From contig OZ037772.1 of assembly GCA_964035545.1 (NCBI GenBank), forward strand, positions 6,122,889-6,186,888: 64,000 nt of DNA, read 5' to 3'. Position numbers and translations under genes: made by a program. The notes beneath the pieces were generated by a model. That model did not search any database and was not told where the DNA came from. It worked only from the letters and a program-made list of their open reading frames with translations. The stretch comes from Bugula neritina. Taxonomy: Eukaryota; Animalia; Bryozoa. The stretch's first letter is position 1; the number at the start of each line of letters is the position of its first letter. This document shows positions 40,201-54,600 of this stretch, piece after piece.

Positions 40201-43200
40201 CTAAGTACACATTTCTTTAATCTAGGAAATGAGGAAGCGCTACATGACATAGAATCTCTGAGTGATCTGTCTAGTGAATTACGAGAAAGATTGACAGATA
40301 GAATGAAGACTCTGTCCCAGAAAGTTGCAAAATTGAATGACATCTCAAAAGAAGCTTGGAAAGAACTGAGTAAAATAGAAGATGAAGTGAAGAAGATGGT
40401 TGCCAGAGTAAATGCTATTGCTGATGCTCAGGTATATTGAAAAAGTGAAGTAATCTAATGCATTTCTATTCATATTGAGAGAAGTTTATTGCATGTAGAA
40501 ATTGAATGGTACCTCTAATTCATGAGAGATAAATTATGATATGTTTAGGTATACTCAAGTAAGAGCATAGCTGGCCATCAGTGTTACTCTATGCCAGTAA
40601 ATCTGGCTATGCTGGTAACCCATTTAACCATGAGCAAATTTAAATAACTCACACAAACTGTTTAAGTGTATCGGTGGTTCCCAATCTTTTCGTACCATTC
40701 TCCCCTTTCATAAATGATTGCTATTAATTTCCTTCCATTTTGGAAAATTGCAATTTATGAGTACGGGTATATGAAAAATAATTTCCCCCCCACTGGGAAT
40801 TGACTCTGAGTCTTATGGCTTGCATCCCACCCAGTTCTCTGAACTCCACTGACCTATCTACTACTCCTTCAGTCATCAGTCTCTCTGGGCTACTCCACTC
40901 CCTCGGAGTATTACAACTACACTTCACTAAAAGCCGAAGTAGCTTGAAAAATAATTTTGCTCCCACTGGGAATCGAACCTGTGTCCTCTGGATTGCAGGC
41001 AAGTGTGCTGCCATTACACTACGGGGGCCACTGGGTAAACTCAACACTACAGTATACTTGTTAAAAAGGCCGGCAGAATACATATGATTCAAATCTGTAT
41101 TTTTCTAGTAGATTTGATTAAAAGATTTAAGTGCAAGATGAATATGCATGTATCAAAAGCAGTTTAATTACTTATATAATGTGATGTGTGTAGCCCATTT
41201 TAAGTTGCTCTGTAAGTTAAAGCAGTTTCTCTTCTCATCTTTAATGGTCAGCATCAATGAGACTCTACCTCACACAGAGAGGTGATGCTGAATGTCAGAA
41301 TTTTCAGTGCTTTGTCACCTTATATGCATGGATAGACTTTGCTTATTGAAACCCATTAATCTCAATATTGGTAAAGATTTCATTGCGAATTTTTAACTAT
41401 TTCAATGAAACCCTCCTCTAACTAATCTGAAATATTTTCAACAGACCATTGGAATGAGTCATGTAAGAATTGGTCATGTTAGAATGAGTCATGTTAGAAT
41501 TCGTCGTGTTGATATTAGTCATGTTAGAATGAGTCATGTTAAAATTGGTCGTGTTAGAATGAGTCATCTGTCAAGTCAAGAATAGTTTTATTTTATAAAG
41601 GTAGCTCAGGGAGATACTGTTCAAACTCTGTTGAGTTTTCAGATCGAGACACTCAGAAAATGTGTTTTTGAATAAGCTTCTGGGACAATATTCGTTTGTT
41701 TTTTAACAATTCACTGAGTGTTGGAGGAAAGCACAATATTTTTATTTTAGGTATGCAGCATAGATAGTCGATTAAAGTCAAATACATGGCTATTAAAATT
41801 TCCTCTTGGTTTTGCCTTTAAGATATTTTTTAAACCTTTTTACAGTGGTACAGGTTATAGCAGTTAGGGTAAAGTGACTAATAGACATATGCATTAAGAA
41901 GTAAACTCAGATTGTAAAAAATATGGTATGAATGATGATAGATGAACTAAGATGAACGCTTGCAGATAGAGATATACATGTTAACGTTGTGCATTAACTC
42001 AAAAAGCGTTAACGCACAGCGTGACGTTTTTAGAAATAAAATTGTCCTAGGAGCCCAATTTTTTTACCAGGGGAGAAGTTTCTCACAGGTTGGGAACCAC
42101 TAGTGTAATTGATTGACAAGTAACAGGAAAAGAAGACTAGTTATGTGATGTACTGAGAATTGGCTGTGTGTGACTAAGTCATGTGGGGTTAGTCAGTGGG
42201 TGGCCTAGCTGTCAACTGTTTATTGTACATGTATATATGCAGAGATTTTGAGGTGTAGATGTGGTTACACTGTGTTACTATAATTTATTAGATAGAGGAT
42301 ATTAGAAAAAGAGCTACAAACCTGAGGATAGAAATATATGGATATTTGAAAAGCTGTGCACGAATAGTGGATAATTATAGACTTGAGCTGGCCTTGAGTA
42401 AGACAATGGACAAAGAGTCTCTGCTGGACACAGTACAACATGCAGTTGATAAGTGTAATGATGCGAGTATTGTAAGAAACTACAAAGTGTGGAGTGAGGG
42501 AATGGAAAACGCTACAGATATTGGTGTAATAGAGAAGTGTGCACTTCCAGACAGCATGTTGGTACCTACATGTAGGTGGAGTCTACAAATAGAAACATTA
42601 ACTATGTATAGCCTGTCAACCTAAAATAAATTGAACTGTACTCAAACGAAACATTGTTAAAAAGTATGAAAGCCTTACATGACTAAAATATTTGATTCAT
42701 TTTGCAATTGATATTCATTGTTCAACATTTCTATTAAGAAACATTCCATAGTGTTTCAGAGGTTATCTGTTAAGCTGTGTTATGCTGAGTAGTGTTAACA
42801 AAATACTGCATGCGATTGCCCATGTCTATAATCTTTTAGTACCTGAGAACAAAGTTCTTCTAAATTGCTATCAAACTTGAATTCTGCTAATCCAAAAAAT
42901 TGATCTTATCTGTATTTGAATATCTGTTCCCCACCCCTTCCTTTATTGAGAAAGTATGTTTACGAATTTTTTCTTTTGTTGTTGCAGACAGTGAAAACAG
43001 TCTGGGACTGAAGCTGTTGCAGCCCCCAGCTGCTCTGCAGTGTGATGAACACTACCCTGGAAACTACTGTGGTACAGTAAACATCTCAGCTGATGGACAT
43101 CTAATGTGTCAGAGATCATATGGCATGGAAATAGTAAATAGACAAACTCTTGATACTATCAGCTCATTAAAGGACACCAGCACTGCAAGGTGGGGAGAGA

Positions 43201-45627
43201 TCAGCCAACATAACGGAGTGGTGGTTGCCAACTGGTTTAATTGGACAGAAAAACTGGCTGAAGTCACACTCCTTGATCCGATTTCCCTAAAAACGTCTCG
43301 CTCTGTCTATAAGCAGTCAACACATGAACTCACTTTTTATAGAATAGCTCAGCAACTTTCTCTCGTTTATGTGTTAGATAGGGAAGAGAAACAGTTGGTA
43401 GTCTGTAATCTAGTAGATGATAAAATACGAAAGTTCCCAGTCACTGGAACAAAATACCCCTTACCCATTTGCACCCTCCCAGACTCATGTTTGCTGATTG
43501 GAGACTACACTGATGATGGTGATGTAAGAAAGTATAAAGTAGAGAAGACCACGCTCACATTACTCTGGCAGTTTCCTCACATTCCACGACCATCCGGTAT
43601 TTCCTTCGACCCAACATCAGAGTTGATTCACGTTTGCACATTCAAGGGACCTCTCTTCATTCTTTCACCTGATGGTAAGTATAATTATTTAGTAACTAGT
43701 TATATTGTTGTAAATTTATAGGGTTGACTATATGTGTGGGTATCTAAAACAAGATGCTTACAGATTAATAATCCAGAGTATCGAGTATTGTAGTGAATTT
43801 ACGATTCACTATAAATTGTGGGTCTACTTATGCAAAGCCACTTCACCAGATTCCATACAAATTGAATAGACTTTATTATTGCGAATTATACAAGAAATTA
43901 AACTGTTAACACTAGTACACATGATTACATAATATAGAGTGATTTACACACAACTTTAGATTATTAGAACTCGATCCACTCTGCTGTCTACGCTGCTTAA
44001 CAAGCTTCCACTACACATTTGCAGCTCCGCCTACTAATTAATTGTTAGTCACCTCCCATCGGTCAACACGGTGGTGCCATCCTAACAACATGATGCTGAC
44101 TGCATCATGTAACTGTTCGAGGTAGAGTTATCCTTTCAATATAAACTAACTACTGGGGAACACAATACTAAACTCTTTACAGTATTACTAAAAAAATTTA
44201 CAGTATAATAATTATAGAGAAAGATTTATCATGTGCAGATTATACATTAGAGTCCATGAGTAAAACGAATACAAGAAAGTCTAAACTACATAATTGATAC
44301 CATGAACGTACTATTTAGTTAAACAAGCTCTACTCTACGACAACGTGAGGCTCGCACATCAGAGTCCTTATATATGTGCGCAGCTGTTGTAAGGTGCTAA
44401 TGATCAGGTGATCATCAGCCACTATAATAGGAGATAGCGTAGTGCGGCGTATCATAGTGATTAACTCTAATTACATCGCAAATGTATCAGAGTGTAGTAT
44501 GGGAGTTGTGTCACTTTTGATGGAACCGCAAATCTTTACAGTATATCAAGTTTTGTCACCTAATTATTTCTACCGCTAAAAACATGCAATTATATATTAC
44601 AGAACTAGTTGTCACTTACCTTAAAAATTGTGTATTGAAATTTGTAAGCTGAGTTGGACAAGTACATAATGATCTGGTTTTACAAGAAATATAGGCTTTC
44701 TCTAAGTCATTCACTCTGCTGGCTCTTAAGTTATGTTGAAAACTTACATATATCATGCAATAATAACTTTTGGTGAGCATGAAGTTTCCTATCTTGAGGA
44801 TTTATAATTCAACAGCATTGCTCCGCAATATCACCAACCCAAGAACACAGTATAACAATGCTAAACTTGCTTGATGTAGTCATAGCAAGGCACAAAATTC
44901 AAGCATTCGATATGTAATAGACTAGCCTTTATTGAAAATTCTGTATTATTTCCATAGTGTATATTGTGGTGATTTTGGAGTTGTCTCGATATTTTATTAC
45001 TATTTAGATTAGCGCAAGGATATTCTTATATTTTTCTTAGTCTCTTTTGTTTTTGTGGCATTTGAGTCGGGGCTTCGACATGACCAATTTTTGACCGAAG
45101 ATCGGTAGCATCTTCTGAAAGGAATGTTTCCAGAATATATAAGAAGGCGAGCTCGAAGTGTAGAGCAGTTTACAGCGTGAAATCGCTGGATAAAGACATG
45201 CTTTGGATATTCCTATACTTACAATAAAATTATTCCAAGACACTCTCTTCTCTCTATTGAATACAAGGAGTTATGTTCTCCACTTAATTATTCCGCATCC
45301 ACCAAATTACTACAATATGCAGAGCAAAGCACATACAACATCAAAAAATTAAACATATGATGTATAAAGAGCATATATGCAAACATTTATTTAACATTAA
45401 TCAACAGCCTGAAAGTGCAAAATATTTATTGGAAGTTTATCTGTTTCTATTAGAACAGACGCCAGCTGATGCAATGTTGCTATTCTTACAGGCAAGCTGC
45501 TGTTTAGGGTTCCTATAGAGAAAGTCTTGGTTTGGATGGCTGGGTTGGGGACATTGCTGTGTATAACAGAGACACAGTGTTTCTAGCTTGCGAGGATGGA
45601 CTGAGAAGATACAGAATAAAATACTAA
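37263..45627 (+). CDS. TRIM-like E3 ligase: RING, degenerate B-box1, B-box2, coiled coil, NHL-like beta-propeller; 7 coding exons
   Basis: In-phase exons at 37263-37444 (CGYC...PRTLPCLHVYCMQC...CAYC, C3HC4 RING), 38844-39024, 39711-39900 (CEHH...CYKC..IFCMRC), 40226-40431, 42292-42571, 42988-43674 (PLPICTLPD, PSGISFDP) and 45492-45627 (TAA). The exon 3 acceptor choice is less certain. Confidence 0.87.
37547..37760 (+). mobile_element. tRNA-derived SINE (family 1)
   Basis: tggtctaggggttaaag...gggttcaaacccc...ggtgatgttaggacgagcatccagtcataatt...cagggatagcgactataaactt. Partial copies also lie at about 268-327 and 7936-7980. Confidence 0.88.
40959..41028 (-). mobile_element. tRNA-derived SINE head (family 2)
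   Basis: Reverse complement gcccccgtagtgtaatggcagcacac...ggttcgattcccagtgggagc. The anticodon stem does not pair; it is followed by aaaattatttttca and a non-tRNA body. Confidence 0.65.
41452..41567. repeat. 15-bp tandem repeat (ttagaatgagtcatg)
   Basis: About 8 copies directly visible. Confidence 0.9.
43789..44181 (-). mobile_element. Solo LTR
   Basis: TG...CA termini (tgtagtga...tctttaca), GTAT on both sides (43785-88 and 44182-85) and a minus-strand AATAAA near 43872. Confidence 0.7.
44186..44540 (-). mobile_element. Second solo-LTR-like element
   Basis: Ends tctttaca followed by GTAT and is preceded by GTAT. The left terminus is degenerate, and a TATA-like cttatatat lies inside. Confidence 0.5.
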
Positions 45628-48600
45628 ACCTATCAGCTACATCCTACTAATATTCAGTTTAGTGAGGCTCTAATAGACAAAATGGATAATATTTGTCTCA
45701 CTGACTGTATATAATTATATTTATTGCAATTTATCTATGCTCTTACTCATGATACTGTCAAATATACTATGATGCTTTCTTTTTTATTTTCAATTATATT
45801 TATATACTTAAATATAATGGTATATTTATTCTATAAAATGACTTGCGCACTGCTATAGCATTAGCATATTATAATATGCTAATGCTGATTATCGCAACTA
45901 TATGGTTATATAACAAAGTCCACTGTATCCAATGTGTGTATATATAGCCATTACATTGTAAAACGAGTTGGTTATGAAAATATATTGAAAATTATTGCTG
46001 AGAGTATTTTCTGCCCAGTTTCATGGCTTATCGGCTTGCTGTAAACTTTAAAGTTTTGTTGAATTTCTTCCTATAGGTACGTAACAATAACCACCCACTA
46101 TAGTAGTAAATAATTTTTATTATTAGGAAAAACATACACACATGTGAAAGCAACTCCAACATACACGCAAAATAAGTTCCACAAGTCATAGTCTGTGATA
46201 TAGTATATTAGGTGGTATTCTATCCCTGTGTATACAACAGCATTGAATAGCCAATCAGAATGATTGTTGTCTTTTCCTGTCAGAAAACTCAGATGGGATT
46301 CAAGAATCTAGAAATTGGTTTGAGAATTATTAACTTATTAAAAAAAATTTCTACATACAATGGCTAATCCAATATAATAGTATAGATCCCAAGACACAGT
46401 TGAGCTGTGTAAATAGTATTGCAGCTGTTTTTTTTAATTTATTTCTTTTTGTAAATTAAGTTGTAGCATCTTATGACATATTAACCAACAGAAACTCTTA
46501 GTGTAGGGTAGAAAAGTCGCCTATATAGCCCGAAAAGTGGCTGCTGTAAGCGGGTTTTCATGCAGGTAACATGCTGAGTGCCAAAAGCTTATGCCAGTTT
46601 ATTATAATTGGCTGACCACCATTTTGAGAGCACACTTTTTAATTTCAATTGAAGTTTTAATTTATCGAACTGAATTAAAACAGTTTCTATACATAGTTTG
46701 CATTTCTGATTTTATATTATCTAAAGTCAATTTGCCAATGAATTAGATTTAAAAACAAACGTATGTATAGATGAACAGTAAAGTTTAACTCCAAGACCAT
46801 TAGCTAATACATTTTCGCGCACACAACCAATGCATTGTGTGTGGCAGGTCATTTCCTGAAGTGGTTTTCAAAAATTTGGACTTGCATGCAGAAAACTCGC
46901 TTTTTGTGGCTCTTCTCTTACAGCTGACATTATAACCCCGTTTGACTGTTATGGATGGCTAAGAGTATGCTTGAAAATAAACTACGCAATAACTTTGACA
47001 ATGTCAAAATGGTACAAGTCATCTAAAGTGATGGAGAGCAAGAGTTGAACTTTATGTAATTCTTAAAATTGTCTGCATTATCGCGCTTTATGACTTTTTA
47101 GTTTGGGAACTCCAGTTGGGTAACTTATTGCCTCTTTAGATTAGAGATGATGCTTGCAGAAAGTTGCTATCTAACTGGGCGAGGTGCTTAGATTTCTTTA
47201 TATTCAAGGACTCCTTAGGCAGTTTTTCGGGACATAAGTTTGAGATTTATAAAAAAGATGAAATTACATTTATATATGAGCGAATTGTAAAATTACAGTA
47301 AAATTTAGCCGAATAAAAAAGAATTTAATACAATATAGTATAATATAAATAACATACTTTCTTCTCACTGTTTTACCCATGTTTATTTTTAAGGATAAAA
47401 AATAGGTGGCTGCAAATTCAAATAAATAATTCTATCTATGCTATAAATTACACCTTATTTTAGTTTGTATATATAATAAAGATGATAACTCCTAAACAAT
47501 GTAAAAATTCCCATGGAATGGGAGGTGAGCACACTGCAGGTAAATTCTAGAATCTAAATACTCCTTAACAATTACATAAAATAATATGTTACATATGTAA
47601 GCAGTCACAGAATAGAGTTATTTGATATATAATATTTGTGAGAGTTTATTCATTTCAACGGTCAAATAATTTGCTTCCCAATGCATTTGAAAAGCGTAGC
47701 GATTAAACAGTGACCTCCACAGCATGACCTCACATAGAGACTATACAGCGATCCTCACACTGTGAGCCCCACACAGTGACCCCCACATTCCTTCACTGGA
47801 AATATCATCTGATGAGTGAAAAGTCAACATTAAATTTGAAAAAATCTTACAAGAACAGCAGGTAAAATTGATCTATGACAACACTAGCTATAAAATTACA
47901 CTTTCTATTGTTTCAAAGCTGTTCTTAAGATTGATAAAACTTTTAAACAAGTAGGTCTTTGAGTTGGATGGTATCGCCAATGCCGTTTCATGAGTACATA
48001 CTGAGCTTCAGAGCTGTAGGAGGGTTTGTCTATGTGGTGGCCTTCTCTCAAGGCTTAAAGCGGTTTGTCAAGTGGCACAGTGGGATAAAGAGTGCTCCCA
48101 GAGTAAAGACCTCTCACAATAAAACTCCATAAGCTCACCTTGAAAAAGAATAATCCCAGATGCACTTTAATTATGCAGTATTGAAATAGTCACTCATTTA
48201 TTATTCATAAAAAACATGGGCTAAAATATGAGACGTTGTTGTTGTTTTTAATTTATTGCTTCTTAATAGTAAATATAGAAAGAAAAAAATTAAAAACCTT
48301 AAGCTAAGCTAAGGAAAAAGAGACAAGAAGAAGCAAAGTAGCACTGTCCGATAGCTCAAAGCTAGTAAAGAGACAGTGGACTTTCTGTAGGATAAAAGAA
48401 ACCCTGCCCAATCATAACAGCAAGGAGGCCCATCAGTACCAGCAGCATCCTACTCCGTCCATAGACGGTCTGCTAATCTTTACTTCACCATCCCAAAAAC
48501 CATGCTCTCAAAATTATATAAATATTTACTAAATGATTTTGCAGCTTTAAATAACATAGGCTCTTCTTTCACTTTGAATTTATTAGTTTTAATTGCTTTG

Positions 48601-51600
48601 ACAAACAGAAATATTTAGACTCACATCACTTTACCTTCAATGATTCCGATGACATCCATTTTATCAGCAGCCTGTCTCCTCTGAGCTTTCTGCAGTACGT
48701 TGTTTGGGCCACATTTCTGGACAATCTAAAATCAACAATCTTGCTTATACATACTGACATCAATCAACATATTTCTAGCAGCCAAATCTTTGTGAAGGCC
48801 CTATACAACAATATCTAAAGTATAAACCAATCTAAAATCTTCTAGCAAACAAAAAACAAAGTAATTACAAAAAACATGTTGCTTATGTCACAAAGTTATC
48901 TTTAGCTGTCACATTTGAGTGGATCCATCAGTTAAAATATTTTGCTGGTCTCCAGCTAATAAAACTAACTGATAATAAAAAATGCCAAACTTCTCACCGA
49001 CTTTTCCAGCAAAAGTATTAAATTTCTTTCAAATTTACCAAAGATGAGCAGATTTAACATTTATAGCTCTGTGCATTTATAGCCTGAGTCTATTACTACT
49101 AGTATCAGCTACAAAATCTAATTTTACAATTTTTATATGCTGAGTAATCTACTTCATCTATTCTAGTTCTTATAAACACTTCGCAAACTTCTCATACGAA
49201 ATGTGTAGGTTGATGTAATAGCTTATTTTTTGTTCGTTGGATCCGACAAATGCCCAACTAACAAACATCGCACCTCTTTGTCATGCCAGCTGCAATAGTA
49301 GTGTATAGTTGCTTAGCAACAGTGCTTTCACTAGTAAAGTTGTGACCAGTTAAATTTAGCGATAACTAAGTGAAAATTCTGCGTTAATAAAATAATTATA
49401 ATCAAATCTGAAACATTTAAATTATGACAAATTTATTAGCTCAATAGAAGCTAAAGATTTAGTAGATTTATGTTTAACAACAGTTGGACTGTGAAAAAGA
49501 AATGAAAATGACACGTAAAACTGCAATGCCCTTATAGTGCTTTTATATCAAACTGATTATTTATTTTTTTCGTAGCCTTTCATTACTTATTCTACTTATA
49601 TTTTTTATTGTAGCTAAATAAAAAATTAAAATGACCTGTTTTATAGTATTTTTTCTATGAAAGAACTATGGCTAAGATGTTTCAGCTGGAACAATTATAA
49701 AATAAAATAGAAGTTGGTAGTGTCTACTTTAGGTAAAATGATTCAGTTGCATCAGTTTCAATCTAACTACATTTTAACTTTTTTTCAAGTCACTGCTACT
49801 CATTGTGCACATCGACTCAGTTGCTTATGTGCATTTTTGTATTCGGGATCACAAACATCATAGTGATACAGTGCAGCTGCTCAAACTGAGAATTTCTATA
49901 AAAAAAACGTACTTCTGCTTGAAATAATTTTAAAATGCTGCTGATTAGCAAAATAATATGCTTCCTTAGAATTTGCTCATTTTAATTAATTAGTATTTAT
50001 TATTATTAATAATATAACTAAAATATTGATTATTTAATTTAGTTACAATGCCGCAATGTTTGCTATGTGAATTATGCCCACGCTTTTTGCTTATTGAAAT
50101 AAGCCAATGGAGTGCAATAAAAAAAAATTTGTCAGCTGAAACCTTGCTGTATCAGATTCCAACGAAAGTGTTGAAAAGTCGATCACGTGATCTAAAACGA
50201 ACAAACTCTTCTACTGTCGACCAATCAAAGGACGCTAGTTTAACGCAATGGTCCGATCACGTGATCCAAAACTAACAAAATTTGCATTCGTCGCGCCATT
50301 TCGGTCCGCTATTCGTCCAATTCGTTGACCGTATGAATAAGCGATAAACTTGTAATAAAAATTGCCGACTTTGGATTTTCTAGAAATGTGGCCTAATTAA
50401 AATACTGTAAAAACTCACAGGAAGCAGACTGCCAATTAAATGAATGTAACTAGAGTCATTGATTGACAAGAAAGTGATTCGAGTCTAAATATTTGTGTTT
50501 GTCACACAAGATTCTGCATATTTACCCTTTACAGCTACCAACAAGTTCTTACACACATGACTATCTGACCTATGCAAGTCTCTTCATTATGCTAAGCTAT
50601 TGCGCAGAGTCTGTAACTGATTGTAATAATCAGCACTGAAAAGCCAATTTTAGCTTTTAGTTGCTGCAACTTATAAAAGAGGATTTTAATTAGGAAAGTA
50701 ATATTGATTTTAAGTTTGCCAATAGTATTAAACAGATAACTAATTAATTTAGTCTAAAAGTATTAATTATTAACATATTTTCACGAAGTAGTTCATGCAA
50801 AGCTGAATCATTATAAAAGAAAAAATTCAAAGTGTTCGGAACTTGACTAGTGTCATACATGCACGCATTCTGTTGCTGAATTATAATATCAACAACTTGG
50901 CCGGTATTTGATAGTTCTAGCAACCTGTTGTAACACTTTACTAAATTTATATTTGCTGGAATAAATGTATTAAATGTACAAACTTCAATTAAGACTGTTT
51001 AAAAATTAGGAAGCTTAAACTAATGAAAGCTTGAAACATTTTAAAGTACATTTGAGTATTTTTCACAATTTAGCTATTTATATGTTCTTTTTAGATAAAC
51101 TGAAAGAATAATGAATTTGATTAAACTTTTTCTTCTAATTTTCTTTGACTTTCTAGATTTTTTGCTAATTTTTTTTAGTATATTAGGATATATGGAACTG
51201 TTTTGGGCTTTCCTCAACAGTTTGCAACCACAATTTTTAACCACAAAATTCAACTCTTTATGATTGGGTGGGTGAGTTGTTATTGTTATTTAAGGTATAG
51301 TCCCAAGCAAACAAACTGTTTTTGCTATTACTCTATTTTTTGTTTGCCACATCCTAAAAGAGTTTAGATGGGTTTAAATATTGTTGTAGGCCTTCACCGA
51401 TATTTGGCTGCCAGGAATGTGTAAGCTGAAAAGCAGACTACCCGCGCACCAACTGGCGGTAAGACCAAAATAAATGGCCAAATGTAAAGGTGGTAGTCAT
51501 TGTATTTTTTACATACAACATTCAACAAATCTATGACTGGAGCCAAGAGGTTGTTGCTATTTATTCTATAGCCCCACACAATGCACGTCACAGTTCACAC

Positions 51601-54600
51601 TGCTTTTTGTAGGATAAAACCTACCAAAATAAAGGATGACTTATTTGAGATTTTAGCTGAGCCTTCCTATGTAGCACCTGTAGTGCAAATTCAAGACAAT
51701 GAATGGAATATAGAGCCCAGAAACAGACCCAAATAAAAAATGCATCTAGTAGTATAAAGTACATAAGAATGCTTACCATTAAAACACGGGGAACTGAAAG
51801 CATGAAGCATAGTTAACAGCCGACCTCTCTCAGCCACTGCTATCAACGAGGAAGGAATGCTATAATTACTCCAAGCCAGTTACTAACAAGAAAACCAGGC
51901 CAGTTTTCAACCCGACCTTGATGAATGTACTATATTATAGAGCACAAGCAAAAGTTAGCCCGAGTACTTTTTGGTAGGTTGGACTACATGCGCCAACAGG
52001 TGGTGAGATCCGAATGGATAGACAAATGTCAAGGTAGTAGTCATTGTGCTTTTGGCCGATAACATTCAGCTTTTTATGACTAGAATTGGCAGTTGTTGAA
52101 GAAGCAAAGCAGAGAGATGGTGGACACATCTGAAGTGTAGCTTCGAGAATAACATTTTATCAAAACATAGTTCATGTGGGTTTCACAGTCTAACAGGTCT
52201 GCCAGACCTTTTTAGCTGCATGATTAGTGGCAAATTTCTGTGCGTTTTTCAGAAGCACCAGAAGAGCTAGGTGCGAAAAAGAAAGTTATGATTTTGGTGG
52301 CTGATATGGGGATGCTGCTTTTTACATCAGTGTCCATAATCTTGATTTTTTGTTTTGTGCTCGTCCACAAAAAATTCCCAAGCGCACAAAAGAACGAATA
52401 ATATCAGTTGATCGAGTAGACTTATTAGATGAAGCATCACCACTAAGTAAAATTGAACTTTAGGCTATGGAAAGAGGTACTGGAACCTGAAAAAAGTGTG
52501 CTCATGATTATTAAAGCTTTGTTGAAAATTACGTCAATTGTTCTTTAATCCAGCCAGTATTGAGTGCTAGTATATTTAGCAAGGTTAGCTACAAAATAAG
52601 TATATTTTTCAAAATACTCAGTTAAATATATTGCCCCAAGCAATGCTTGTCACTGTTTACCCTGTTTAATTTTAGACTAAGATCTACTAAAAATAATGCA
52701 GATGACTTGTCAACAAATTTAGCTGAGCATTTTATGCCTACAGTAGTACAGCTTCGGAGAGAAATTCCTTCAGAAATCTGCTCTAACTTTGTGTTTCCAA
52801 TAAATAACAAGGACAAATTAACGACAAGAATGAGCTTAGTTAGTGAAAAAAACAAAATGTTGTGCTGCTTTGATAGTTGCGAAAAAAAAACACTATTCGC
52901 AGCTGACTTCATCAAATCAAATGATCAGCCTAAAGTGCTGGTGATTGTGACCCTCGGCAGTTGTTCAACAGAAAAACTAATATATTTGCTGGTCAACTTA
53001 TAGGTACAGTGGCAGTGTAAAAAAGAGAACGAGGACAAGGCAAAGCCAGCTACACATCAAAGTGTTGTTGGGAGTTGTTGGACACACAGTCAAATCCATG
53101 TTTCATTTCAAGAGAAGCCGCTGACCATCTAACTACATGATTTGCTTGAAATGTTGGCCATTTTCACGCTCAATGATAGCCCGACAAAAATATCTGATAG
53201 ATTTGCTAGTAACTGTGTGCTGGTGAACACAAAGCAGAGTAGCAGTTGAAAAGTTGGAACAAGGACATTTCAAAGTCAGCTATACACATCAAAGTGCTGT
53301 TAGGAATTTTATATTACTAGGTGGCAGCTCAACAATCTGCCTTAACTTCAAGATTTTTTCTACAGAATGACGTACATGAAAATTATAATAACATTCTTGG
53401 CGCCTGCCAGGACTAGCAGTAAGTATAGCTGACCCTAATACCTCTTAAATCCATTAAGGTGCAAAGAACACTAATTTGAATTGATTCTCTACTGGGTTTC
53501 ATCAAATGAAGAACCTTTATATCTCTATGGAAAGCTATAATAAAATAGACAAAGCTTCTAAACCAGCTACCATAGTTCTCTCAACTAGTTTGCTTTCAAC
53601 CAGTGTTCCCTCAACCAGTGTAATCCTCATGAAGCTATCTCATCTTAAAAATGATTTTAAAATATTTGGCTTCTGATTTGTTACAGCACTGCAGGCATCC
53701 TGCTGTTGAATTATAATATAAACAACTTGGCTGTTGGCTCCTTGCTATAATCTTTTTGTTGGCAATTGAGAATTGCTAAAATAAATTAATCAACTGAGCA
53801 AGCCCTGAGTCAGACTTTTTCAAATGTAAGGAATATCAACTAACGAAAACCTACTTCATTTTACAGTAGGTACATTGATCATATGGTGTTGGTGAAAAAC
53901 AAGCAAGAAAAAGTACTGAAAGAAGATTTGGAAATCAACTTGATTATAAAATATTCAACATGATCATAGAAAATTGTTATGGTGGAACTTTGTTGTTTGA
54001 ATAAAAAATATTCTTGACATACATACGAGCTTTGCAATGCGACAATTTGATTTCTTATGCTTTTTTATTTAATGAGCTACAAAACAAAAGGTAATTGCGT
54101 GTGTGTGCGTGTTCGTGGGTGTGTGTGTGTGTGTGAGGCGTATGTCTTTTAGTGGTATCAATATTTGTAGGTTTAGTTAATGATGAAGAAAAAAAATTAT
54201 TATTGGATTTTGTTGGAGTTGGGCTCAAAATGAAGATTATCACTATTTTTTGCAGTTGCATGCACCACAAGAGAGAAAAAAATCAAACCTCCGAGGAAAC
54301 ATGATTATAATGAATTCAGTAGGCTTTATTGCCTAAAAGGATATACAGGGAACAAAGAATATTTAACCTGAAGAAATCTTAAATACTCTAGCAGTAAAGT
54401 TTCAGAATAGGCGGGTATGTTCCTAAAAAGAAAGTTTAATGCTCCGTAGTAAATTCTACAGACCATATCGCAACCTGCATGACCAGCTGCCACTCCACGT
54501 TTCTGCAGCTGGAGACAAAGAACTCTGACTTACACTTTGTTGAACACACAGTCGGAGGCATGCTTTATTTCTAGAAAATGACTATCAATCCATATGATTA

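Larger units (their letters stand above)
40672..42102. mobile_element. hAT (Charlie-like) non-autonomous element with nested inserts
   Basis: Termini cggtggttcccaatct ... aggttgggaaccacta resemble CAGTGGTTCCCAACCT-type TIRs. Both flanks contain gtgta (imperfect TSD). Confidence 0.6.

Noticed and set aside
40959-41028. Possible tRNA-Cys gene (also the tRNA-like sequence at 18136-18204)
   Set aside because: Anticodon and acceptor stems pair poorly and both share a downstream tail, so they are better explained as SINE heads.
50048-50400. Palindromic GATCACGTGATC motifs and a short ORF
   Set aside because: Probably a DNA-transposon fragment; no termini or coding signature could be established.
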